A model generated the notes under the pieces. The model made no database searches, was not told where the DNA came from, and was given only the letters and a program-made list of their open reading frames with translations. A stretch of DNA of 33,668 nt from Octopus bimaculoides. Its lineage: Eukaryota. This document shows positions 11,625 through 23,030 of the stretch, piece after piece (within the stretch, counting starts at the first letter, position 1; every line of letters begins with the position of its first letter). Location of the stretch: positions 38,324,623 to 38,358,290 of the forward strand of contig NC_068981.1 in assembly GCF_001194135.2 (NCBI RefSeq). Direction: 5' to 3'. A program made the translations under genes and the position numbers.

Positions 11625-11790
11625 GCCAATGAATTGGCCGAGATGTTAGAGCATTGGATAGAATGTCTCATGGTATTTGTTCTAACTTTCAGCAATCTGA
11701 GTTCAAATCCTGCCTGCACCAAATTTCATAATTTTAGGCTGGCAAAAAGAGTACCAATAAAAGGTAGTGGACAGGTAAAATTGTGAAAGA
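11625..11790 (+). mobile_element. Decayed Nin-domain-type SINE
   Basis: GAATTGGCCGAGATGTTAGAGCATTGG...CTGAGTTCAAATCCTGCC...TTTCATAATTTTAGG...AAAAGAGTACCA, collinear with 31923-32065. Confidence 0.6.
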
Positions 11791-12134
11791 AATTGAAGTA
11801 GATGTCTTATGTTATTTGTTCCAATCCTTTCAGCCCTTTGTGTTCTGAGTTTACATTCCATCAAGTTCTACGTAGACTGTAGGCTTAATCCATTTGTTGA
11901 TTTAAAACAATTGTTTGCCATCCTCAGTGCCTTTAACAAAGTCAAAATCTGTTGTAAGCATTTGAGCCATGTTTCTGGATACCTCTGTTCGAGGATACCA
12001 TCCTCCCTCATTACCCCTGATTCATAAGTGTTGTAAACACACATGGAAACTATCTTCACTCTTGGACTATAAGATAAAAAGGAAGGTTACAAGTAACCAT
12101 CATAGACATGTTGCACTCGTTGTACACATATATA

Positions 12135-12248
12135 GAATTACACACAAAACACACATATATATGTAAATACATACATGCGTGTGTATATGTATGTATATAT
12201 ATAGAGAGAGAGAGGGGGGAGATGGAGGGGAGAGGGGGAGAGAGAGAG

Positions 12249-12280
<32 letters not shown>

Positions 12281-12321
12281 GTTTGAAAAGACAACAAACG
12301 GAAGATATGACATACCTGTGA

Positions 12322-12361
<40 letters not shown>
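12135..12361. repeat. Compound (CA)/(TA)/(GA) microsatellite
   Basis: Seen directly; explains several overlapping ORFs. Confidence 0.95.
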
Positions 12362-12364
<3 letters not shown>

Positions 12365-12407
12365 AAAAAACCGTGTAGTAAATAAACATACAAATATATA
12401 CTAAATA

Positions 12408-12893
12408 CATAGATGAACAGAAAACACAGAAGGTCACTAACTCCACTTCAGTTATTGGCCTGAAGGCCTGAAGGTCAAGTGCAATTTCAACCATTATCGA
12501 TAATATTGCTTCCACTCTGGAGGCACCGGCAAGAAACTTGCTGGGAATGGGACCAAAACATAACAAGATGAGATGGGCTTGAGACGAGATCATTAGTAAA
12601 TGGACAAGTGACAAAACATTAAACCGAATGAAGGCTTAAGACCACATGAAAACAACAATTAAAATGATAATACACATACAGCAAAAAAAGCCTTAGGGCT
12701 GCAAGACAAGACAAAATTGGTAACATGAAAGAGAAATGAAAACTGTCCTAAAGGACTATAAACATGGGAGGTATAGAGTGAGGAGCTCAGAAAACGTGAC
12801 CAGTCCAGTTGTAGGCAACGTGAAAATGAACGATACCACCTAAGGCCATCACCGGTCATATGATAATGAGAGGAGGGTAACAAATACAGACAG

Positions 12894-12937
<44 letters not shown>

Positions 12938-13116
12938 AGGAAATTAAGAGAAGTGAGGAGCTCAGAAAATCACGACCAGTCCAGTCAAAGGCAACATGAA
13001 AAAGAATGCTCAAGAGTGGACGCAATATTATCGATAATGGCCGAGATTGTACTTTGACCCTCTGGCTAATAACTGAAGGGGAGTTGGTGACCTTCTTTGT
13101 TTTCTGTTCATCTGTG
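12408..13116. mobile_element. Non-autonomous DNA transposon (MITE), 709 bp, with ~105-110 bp terminal inverted repeats and TA flanks
   Basis: Left TIR 12408-12518 (CATAGATGAACAGAAAACACAGAAGGTCACTAACTCC...CCATTATCGATAATATTGCTTCCACTCT) is the reverse complement of right TIR 13013-13116. TA at 12406-12407 and 13117-13118; no coding capacity. Confidence 0.85.
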
Positions 13117-13429
13117 TAGTCACATGCACAGCAAATCCTGCTGCTAACTATTCATCCAGAGCATCAAACTAATACACATGCTTGTTGCTCTCTCACCCAT
13201 CTTTGTCTTTTGTTTTTTGTAAATATAAACTATACATATATAATGATATTAATTTGCTCACAAGTTCTCCAACCAACTATTATCATTTGTGTGTAATATT
13301 TAACATATGGAATATTTTATTATGTACCTTGGAGGATGTTATCCACATATAGATACAAGGCTGATTTGTATAGTTAAAAATTCTAATTTCACTATAGGTG
13401 GAAGTATTCAACCATAAATGACCAACACC

Positions 13430-13610
13430 TGTGGCAATATGCAGTGTTTGAGAAGACCTGTCAAGTTAAGTGAGATTGTAGGCATGGTGGATGCCTGTGT
13501 TTTCGCAACTTGTACCTGTGCTAACGGCATGTAAAACGCACCGACTACACTCTTGGAATGGTTGGCATTAGGAAGGGCATGCAGCTGTAGAAACCATGCC
13601 AAATCAGTCT
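13430..13610 (+). mobile_element. Internal or 3' fragment of an RTE-tail SINE, truncated before the tail
   Basis: GGCATGTAAAACGCACCGACTACACTCTTGGAATGGTTGGCATTAGGAAGGGCATGCAGCTGTAGAAACCATGCCAAATCAG is collinear with 110-190. Confidence 0.8.
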
Positions 13611-13622
13611 ATCTTTTTTATA

Positions 13623-13775
13623 ATGCCTCCAAAAATGAAAATGAGATATGACGAATCTTATTTGAAATTCGATTTTACTGGTGGAGAAGGAAACCACAGT
13701 GTGCCTTGTGCTCCTAGGTTTTGGTGTTGACTTCACTAAAGCCCAGCTAGTTAAAGAAGCACTTCAAAACAAAGC
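13623..13775 (+). pseudogene. 5' fragment of a hAT (Charlie/Buster, ZBED5/SCAND3-like) transposase BED zinc finger, disrupted
   Basis: Translates as MPPKMKMRYDESYLKFDFT..., then after a frameshift KPQCALCS*VLVLTSLKPS*LKKHFKTK. This matches the family pattern R-K-Y-x-x-x-Y-L-x-F-G-F-T...KPQC-x-x-C...S-x-K-P-S-x-L-K-R-H-L-x-T-K-H. Confidence 0.8.
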
Positions 13776-13777
13776 AA

Positions 13778-14110
13778 ATGCAGACATACACTTGTTAAAT
13801 CTGGTTCTGAAGGGACTGTCCGTTATGCCCATGTATTTTTGCATGGTTGTTGCTTCACTGGGACCCTTTGATGCCACCTTCACCTCTTTCACAACAGTGT
13901 CTGTTTTTTAATGACTGTCAATTGGATTTGTGGTGTTAATTTTGCATGAGCAGCCTGTCTTTACTTCAGGTTTGTGCTTAATGATATTTTCTTTAAGCAA
14001 GGATATTCTACCCTCTTGGACTCAGATTTGCTCTAGTATACTACTGGCAGACTGCTTTGTGAACATCAGCAATGGAACTTCCAATAGTTTGTTGTTTTTT
14101 ATCCTTCTCA
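13778..14110 (-). pseudogene. Penelope-like element fragment, GIY-YIG endonuclease region, decayed
   Basis: One minus-strand frame reads ...KTGCSCKINTTNPIDSH*KTDTVVKEVKV...QKYMGITDSPFRTRFNKCMSAF. This fits the PLE pattern CNC...CPLxGxC...VVYxAxV...YIGxTxxxFKxRxxxHxxSF. Confidence 0.7.
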
Positions 14111-16269
14111 TTGAAATCAGAAGAATTAATATTAAACTTGCCTCTCCAAATGTGATACATATAAACACTTTTACTAGATCAAACATGGTTTTAAAATTTA
14201 CGCTCCCCTACTATCCCCATTCTCACTCTTCACCTACTCTACAAGAAAATACCTCTCATACTGTAGTGGCCCTTTTTACTTTCAATCGAATACATATCAA
14301 GAAATTAAAATTATTTTCCACAAGGCTTTGGCCTGACGATTTTGTTCCAGTCTTTTTACAATAGTTGTATGAACTGCAACCCTGATATGACACATTCAGA
14401 GCTCCAATTGCAAAGAGTTAATGCTATACAGTTCCTTTCAGCATATCCCGATGATTGTCGGTGATTTTCTGAACTTCTGGTATTAAACCAATTGGTAAAT
14501 TGTTGTTATGAAATTATATTGCATGTTATTGATAAGGATATAACCACTCTATTAATATGTATATGAGTGCCTGTTTTTCTTCTGACTCATGGATTTTTAG
14601 ACAAATATATACATACATATACAGAAGTGCATACATACACACATCCCACCCACATACACACATGCAAATACACACACACACACACATATGCACACTAAAT
14701 GAATATTGAATGTAATTAAAACATTTTCCATATTTAAAACACTTGATATATAATTTCAGATAAAAATTGATGCATGTGTGGGTACAGGTTGCAAAGTCAA
14801 CATTAAATCACTTGATTGAGCTCAAATCTTGTTTAAGCCTTTAAAAATGCAATGCAGATTAAAATGAGATTAAATTATTTTTATTTAATGACTTTTTAAA
14901 AACCAAATGCATGGACATAAATTTATCCTATACTGTCTCTTGAAAATGTATTCCGGTATCTTTTCTATCTGCCCCCTTTATTTTTGTGACAAAACAATTA
15001 TAATCTATATTAATATAATTCATATTACCCAAAACTCGCGTGGAATATACAATATATTAAAATTTTGATTATATACAATATACATTAATTTTCCAAATTT
15101 GCTATTTAAAAAAAATGTTTTCTCCTGTTTAAACATTTATAACTAACATAAAGGTTATATTTATAAAATATTTCTGCATTAATTGTAACTTCTAATGTTT
15201 AAAGTATCTATTTAAACAAATCCCTGATCTAATAGGCTAGCTTGTTGCTAAGAATATTTGAAGATAATGTTTAATTACGACTGGTGCCATTTCAATAAAT
15301 AGCATTTATTTGCATCTCATTTGAATATTGGCTTAAAAGGATAAAATGAAAAGAATTATTATTTTTATTACTTCCATTAGTTTATATGTGTGTAAATCTG
15401 ATCATCGACTTACATATTTAATATGTAAATAATTCCTTAGATTCTTAATAAATAAGTCATTTTGTTGATTTATAACATATATAATCTAAAATGAAAGCTG
15501 CCATTTTGAATTATGAACAGCTTAAAATTATAAAATAGATATCATTTATTATATTTTCTGCTTATTGAATGTTGGCTGACATTGATGATGTGCAAAACTG
15601 ACCAATGCTGTGCCAGGAATTTCAGATGGATTATTGCTCACATTAAGAATCTGAATTATAGAAGTTATCAGTATCATTAATCAAATCCAAAGAGGTCTAT
15701 AGAATTGTTGCAATATTTATTCAGAGTTGATGTAAGAATTATTCAATACTCCACAAAATGTATTATGAAGTTTTTAGAATGATTAATAGTGTCAATGATT
15801 TGTTGACCATTCACTCACAAAGTTTTATCTTCTTTTATTTGGAAAATATTTTCCAAGTTTGTTTTCCAAATAATATTACCCTGGATTATCTCAAACTCTA
15901 TAACAAAGTATTCATCCAAGTATCTATTTAAAATGTCACAGTAATTTACTTACATCAACTGCAATATGATTTATATATAAAACCATTCCATTGTGTGTTT
16001 TGTTACTTCCATGAATGCCCCTGTAATGAAAAGTGCTTTCCTTAAAAATAAATTCAAAATAACTCAACAATGACTGCTTGAAATGAAGTCAAAAATAAAT
16101 TATTCAATCTACAGGACAATTTTCCTGCCTAGATGTACAATTCATAATGGTCCAACCAGACCTTTTATTGCCGCAGGCAAGACTTGCATAATTTTCCTTT
16201 TTGAAAAGTAATTCCCTTGCTTTTTTTTATCAATAATCTTGCTCTGCTGTCCCAGATACGCTCTATGTT

Positions 16270-16605
16270 CCAATTTTAATCTGAAAGGGATTGCTTTCCC
16301 ACATTTAGAAACTACTGTCTCCATCACTAACCTGGGTATCAGCAACAAAGATTTACATCGACTTTGGATCGCCTCCCTTCCTCATACTCCTTTTTTTTCT
16401 TTTGGTATTTGTTGCAGAGATCAGTTTTCTTTCCTGATGCTCCTATTCTGGATAAGTTTCTCTTCCTCATACACCTTTATTTGCAGCTTCTATCATTCTT
16501 TGAACACCCCCAACTACCAAGGATTATTTGATTGTCTATCAGGACATCTATATTTCTTCACCCCTCTCTGATGAGATCATCTTTGGTGACGTCTATATTT
16601 GCAAC
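16270..16605 (+). pseudogene. Probable decayed LINE apurinic-endonuclease (APE) fragment
   Basis: Reads ...TFICSFYHSLNTPNYQGLFDCLSGHL..., then in another frame SDEIIFGDVYICN. These resemble the ICxxYRSPN and EIIIxGDFN segments of CR1/L2-group endonucleases; similarity is weak. Confidence 0.4.
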
Positions 16606-18097
16606 TCTGTGCCTGATATCTCGAGGCAATCTGTGACTTCCCCACGCCTAAGAACATCACTGACATCCACAGCTGGTTTGGTTTGATCAATCAAGTCTCC
16701 TGTGCCTTCGCTTCTGCCAAACAAATGTTGTATTCTGGGAACTCCTCAAGCCAGGCACCCAGTTTGTATGGACAGACCAGCTGAATAGGCTCTTTGAGGA
16801 ATCCAAATCAATCATCATCAATGAGATCCAAAGAGGTGTGGAGATCTTTGATAAAACCAGGCCGAGTTGCCTTGTCACTGATTAGAGCAAAGATAGCATT
16901 GGCTTCTGGCTGTTCCAAAAACATTGTGCATACCTTTCCCCCACCCCTTTTGCTGAAAATCTGGCTCGAAAATCATTCCAGTTGGGGGCCACTTAACTTC
17001 AGTGACAGAATCTCATTACACACCTATGGAGGATGAAGCACTGACAGTTACAGATGCATTGGACAAAGCAGATCACTTCACCCTTGGCTGCACCAATCTC
17101 ATTGTTGTAGTTGACCACAAACCTCTCTTGAAAGTATTTGGTGATCGCTGCCTGGACAACAACCTGAATCCTTGATTGTGCAACGTGAAAGAAAAAACCC
17201 TACGGTATAACCTCAGCATCGTTCATGTACCAGACACTCACCATGCAGCAGCCAACACTGTCTCATGCGACCCTGTTGGACAGCCCACAACACCAAACCT
17301 CCCTGATGATGTTGTGGCCACGATCCATCCAAATGAGTCACTCAGCCTTTTCTAGCAACCATCCGCTCTACAGGAGACGACAACACTACAACGTTCTCTC
17401 ACAATGACTACACTTAACACATTACTGGGATCGGCCAATCTGTAACATGGGATATGTTCAGCACTGCTTCTGCTAGTGACCCAAGCATGACTAAACTCAT
17501 GGATGCAATCAAAGACAGCTTCCCAGAGGACCATTCCAGAGTCCCCTCAGAGCTGTGACAGTACTGCCAGTTTCATGATGAACTCACCAGCTTCACTGGA
17601 GTTATCCTGTATCATGACAGGGTTGTCATATTTACCTCCTGTCATATGCAGATCCTCCAGGCATTACACTCAGCACATTAGGGCATGACACAAATGTGTT
17701 CCAGAGCAGAGACATCTTTCTCCTGGCTGGGCATGACCCAAGCTGTCATTGAGCTGTCGGAACCCTGTACACCCTGCAACTGAATGGCACCCTCAAAGCC
17801 AAGTGCTCCCTCCACACCTCCAATGAACTCTGCCTACCCATTCCAAAGCCTGGTTGCCAATTACATCTAACACCATGGCCACCACTACTTCGTGGCTATG
17901 GACAGATACATTAACTGGCCCATCATGGAGAAAACATCGAATGGTGCAATGGGACTTATCATCACCTTACACTGCATCTTCGTAACATATGGCATCAGTG
18001 ATGAGCTGACATCAGATGGAGGACCAGAGCTTACCTTTCGCCAAAGTCACCTTCCTCTATAATTGAGGAGTGCCCCACAAAATCACCTCCATTGCAG
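16606..18097 (+). pseudogene. Ty3/Gypsy pol fragment: RT connection, RNase H and integrase (HHCC plus start of the DDE core), with many stops and frameshifts
   Basis: Pieces read DFPTPKNITDIHSWFGLINQVS; ELLKPGTQFVW; IFDKTRPSCLVTD*SKDSIGFWLFQKHC; ESHYTPMEDEAL...DHKPLLKVFG; ALHSAH*G...CTPCN; YPFQSLVANY...DRY..WP...TYGISDELTSDGGPE...N*GVPHK. No LTR seen. A possible further pol remnant runs to ~18220. Confidence 0.93.
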
Positions 18098-20269
18098 TCA
18101 TTGGTTATGATTCCTTCATGAACTATCTGATTTACAAGGCGATGACAAGACCACAACCCACATCGCCAGATATTTAAAGCATCTCAGCGATGACTCCTGA
18201 TGGGCCAGGTGCTTGAAAGCAAAAAAGTTGTCAGATTTATTTAATTATTGTCTTGGTGTTTGTACCATTGAGAAAAACTATATTTTCATATTGACCACTG
18301 AAGAGCATGTTCTAGGTTTCTGTTGTTGCAGAAAGAAAATGTGTGAATGAAGCCCATGCATGGAAGATTAAAAAGATAGTGACATTTGAATATAACAGTT
18401 GGTTATTGATGGATAAAGAGAAATGTGTGAGAGATTTAACCAAACCTTGGTTAAGAGATAGAGGATGCAAATTTTTACCCCAAGGAAAATTAAGGCATGT
18501 GATTTGCATCTCAGTAGGAGATAGTTGTTTGGATATAAGTTGGACCACAGTTCATAGCTACTGGTGTAGACAAGGGAAAATCATTCAGTAAATTTATCGT
18601 TTCTTATTTGGTTGCATAGTTCATAGTTTTGTGAAGGATGTTGTGAGCAAGCTAAGAGATGTGTGCAGCATTAGTATTTGATATAAACTTTTGGTCTCTT
18701 AGCACTTTAATATTTTATAAACTCAGCCAACCTCTGTCTTAACACATACAAAAATCATTTGTAAAATAATAAAGCAAAGGAATAAATGGTTAATTGTTTT
18801 GTTTTAGAAGCAGATCTATTTTAGCATTCAAAATCTCAACAGGGAATATTTATCCTGTGAACATTTATAAAAATTATAAGCAGTAGACTACAAGTTCTTG
18901 ATTGCATAATTAAACAAAACCACACTGTGAAAAGCTTATACAAAGAAGTGAAAATGCCAATAATTAGATCCAGATACCAATAAAATATACACAGAAAGGT
19001 GTTTTAAATTGTATTCCAAAGCAACACTTTGCTATGTACTCTTGAGTATATCTACAATAAAATATAGAAATTCAAGAAGAATAAAATTCTCATTATGTGT
19101 TCATCCTATCTTAGACTACAAATAAGATATGTTATTGCTGAAAGTTCTTATGGAAATACTGTTATTCTTGAGATCAAAGAAATAATTAGATTGTCTAGAA
19201 AAATATGCTATTTCTTCTTTCATCTAAAAATAATTGCATTTTATTAATGGAGAAATAAAAAAAAAATATCTTTAATATCAGTTTCAATAGTTTTCTTATA
19301 GTTTGCTTTTCTTTCTCTGAAGGCAAAACTTTTGTGTGGAAAAACTAAAGAAAAAAATTACTTCAAAATTAAATTAAAGTTTTATATTTTTGTCTGAATG
19401 TTATTGATGTTACATAAACCACCTAAAGTATGATTTAATTTCAGTGCTTTAAATTATACCTTTCTATGTATCTAATATTCCTATCATATATTTAAAAAAA
19501 AATTAATTGGAATAACAATAAAATGTACATGGAGGTGGCATCAAACTGTGAAACAACAGGTATCATATCTTGTAACAGTTTGTTTGATAACTGTGATCAG
19601 AGTTCAAAATGTAACCAAATGTTTTTAAAATAAATAACTTTAATATTCTAAGATTAGTTATGGTGATTATATTTCTTTTAGAACAAATCGTTCTGTGCCT
19701 TGTTAAGTTAAAAAGAATAAGAAAAATAGGTAAAAAAAAAAATGAGAAAACCTTACACCATAGTATTACAGAATGCTCCAGTAAAATGAGATGAAAGGAC
19801 AGACAAGTTAACAATTTACCTGTTTATAATTAGAAATGTTATAGTGCTACTTGAACTGAAATGACATATATCATAAGAGATAAAGTGATAGTTAGACCGG
19901 TATCTGGTGAAGAACAAAGCATTTCAGTGTAGTGGTACTATAATCCTTTCTCATACTAGCATCAACAATTATATGAATGTTTCTGAATTTCAATTATATC
20001 TTCATCCTGAAGCTATTGGAAGTAAAAAGCTAAATGGTAAAGGAATCCAAATTTCATGGAATTTGAAATTCCATGGATTGAGATTTCAAATTTACTTTGA
20101 TTTTTCAGAACAGATTTCTTTATTTGATATTGCTTTGGTTCATTTTGCTGAGTGGAATACTTATCAAATAAATTTAGTTAATCCTCTCAGTAGAGTCCAT
20201 CTGTCCCTTAATGTATTTCAAATTCGACTACGGCTATGGTTTCTGTTATAGCTTCCATTATGCATGAAA

Positions 20270-20450
20270 TATAGAAGCCTTCCTGAAGTTATTAGACCTC
20301 ATAGAAACAGCAACCAAATCTCTCAATTCACTTCCAACCATGTTTTATTAAAGAAGACCTTAGATAATGCAGTCCCAGCTACATCATGTTTATAAAACAA
20401 AATGACTGGATTGTTATGGTTGGAATGATTTTGATTAGAAATTTGCTCAG
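20270..20450 (+). mobile_element. Decayed copy of the 5960-6160 repeat family
   Basis: CATAGAAACAGCAACCAAATCTCTCAATTCAC...AGATAATGCAGTCC...GGATTGTTATGGTTGGAATG. Confidence 0.5.
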
Positions 20451-23030
20451 TCATGACTTAATTGGAACTAAACAACACTATCTCATCATATACATAGTAT
20501 ACACCACCAAAATTTAAATTATTTAAAAACAATTTCTTCAAGTTTAACTTCTTTAGAACAGATAAAATTTTCTACACACTTCTAACTTTGCTTTTGCAAA
20601 TACAATAGTTCAGTCTTTTAAAATAGTTGATTCGTTTAATTTGCCTTAGAAGCGAGCACTGATAATAGTGAAATGACATTCATTTAAAAAATAGCATTTA
20701 TATTTGATCTACATTGCAAAAGTTAATTTCATGTAGTCATTTTGTGATGAAATGTATGTATATAAAGTATTAACAGGAAATATCAACAACAAAACTAAAT
20801 TGTTTTTCATGTTGGCAGTTTTATTAATATTTAGAAATAAATATTTAAATGCAAGCTACTGATGACATGTCCAGCTTTCTAATGTTTATATTCTATTTAA
20901 TAATGGGAAGCTAGCAAGGAAATATCATTTCCCTTATTAAAAGCAATTGATTCAATCATATTCTATATGGAAAAAGAGATAACATTTTGATCTAAAGTCA
21001 GGTGAAAGAGATCCTTCTATTTTTAGGAGGATCTAAAACTTTGCCAACAGTTAAAGGCTATAAAACTATATATAAATGTCCAAGTAGATGTTTGTGTTAG
21101 GAAATACCAAAAAAAAATAATAAAATGATATTTTTGTTTCTTTTTTGCAAAGATTTGTGTACAAAGAATGAGACTCTAAGAGCTGCAATAATTAGCCAAT
21201 AGAAAGTTATAGAACAAAACCAGGATACAAAACCATACTTGGCAAGCATCACTTTCAGGTTCATTGATTTCTCTATTCAATTGACCTGTTATGCTTGTCT
21301 CCTTTCATGAGACAATTTCATTTAAAAACTTAATATAAACAGAAATATTATTAAATATAAATTGAACTTGTATTAAAATATTAATAATAAAAAAAAAATA
21401 GAATTATAAAAATGTCACGGAAGATAGAGGTCGAAAAGTCTAAAATAAATGACTGAAATAATCTGATGTTTACTGAAGATAAATAGTTGACTAAGCCAAT
21501 AGACTTGGCTTGGATAAGAATCAAATTATTAATGACCCATGGAAAAAAAAATAACATTACTCAGACAGGAGTACAGTCATGTGCCATAATTCTGTCTTGG
21601 GCTTCAATGTGCATGAGTAGTTGTAAAAAGGTATTCAGATTCTTTAGCAAAAAGTTTGAAATATTGTAAGGGAAATCACACTGCCAAGAGTAATAAAGCT
21701 GCCAGATTTACCCTGAAGCAAGAACAATGAAAACAATGGAAGTAATAAAATAAAATAAGGTGCATTGAAATGAAGAAAAGAGGATACTGCTGCAGAAAAA
21801 TAGCACTGAAGAAACTACATGGAAGAAAGGAATTTTCCCACTGTTTACACACACACACATAACTATCAGCTATAGAAAGAGCAAAAGATGATTGTTTTTT
21901 TGTTATTAGTAATAACAGTAATGATGATAAAATATGCAAAATATACTGCTGCCATCATGAAAATAAATCATGATTTGTGTGATTTCATGCAATAATGTGA
22001 AAGGATTCATGTCTAAAAACTCTGAAGTACCAAACAATTTATGAATTTCCAATTAACTTGTGCTTCTACTCAGTCATTCATTCAGTTTAATGTCTCTGCT
22101 ATCAGATAAGTCAATCTAACCATGTGCAATATTTTGCAGTGAGTACAGTAATTTCAGAAAGAGTTCAAACTCACAGATATTCAGCAAAAAAATGAACACC
22201 ATCTTGGCTACTGCAATTTCCCAGTTTCTTTTATGAAATGTTTCAATAAGCCTTAAAAATTTTTTTTTATTATTACATAGATTGAGAGAATGCATTTTTG
22301 CACTAAATGATTCATTTTTCTTTTTGCAGTTAATGGTACACTTTTCATAAACAACACGTGTGATGAGAACTTTTCTAGAAAATACTCTATTATAAAGATT
22401 TCACAAGAACAGCACAAACAAATGTTGCAGCAGCTATAGGATTAAAGCACTTGCTTGTTTCAAGATCAGTGATTGCATGTCACTTGATTTCTATACATTG
22501 CAAGCTGGAGTGTATCTATCTATATATGATGCAATGAAAACTCTAGTACCTTGTGATCAGCTCAGGAAAATAATTGCATTGCTTACTATTTTACTTGAAA
22601 GGAAATGTAATTCTTCTTAGTCATGTCACCAAACACATGGGTGTCTGGTCATAGTCTTGTAGTGTTTTAAGACACAAATTTAAGTCTATGTTATTTCATT
22701 CAACTAACAGATTAGCTAAATTTTAGGATAACACTCACATGATGCACCTGTTTCTTTTTATCATTTCAATTTTGTCTGTTTCTCAGATCTTCCCAATACC
22801 AAGTTGCAACTCTCTAGAACTTTCACTTAAGCCAAGTTTTTCCTACAGAGTATAGATCGGAAGAAGCTGTCTCTTATAAATAACAAGATATCTCCTCTAT
22901 TATATTTCAATTTTTTTCTCTTTTTTACAATATATTTTATCTGGTAATATTTGCAAAACAGCAAGCTTATATACATTCATATTTTGTTTACTTTTCTAAG
23001 TAATACGCAAATATTTATCAAATAATTTTA

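Noticed and set aside
13930-14364. 144-aa plus-strand ORF
   Set aside because: It is largely antisense to the decayed Penelope fragment and has no recognisable motif.
19907-20251. 114-aa plus-strand ORF
   Set aside because: It starts at a non-ATG codon, has AT-rich composition, shows no homology I can recognise, and has no usable splice donor.
22330-22440. Strong plus-strand acceptor followed by NGTLFINNTCDENF...QQL*
   Set aside because: There is no donor and no recognisable product; it cannot be distinguished from an intronic T-rich tract.
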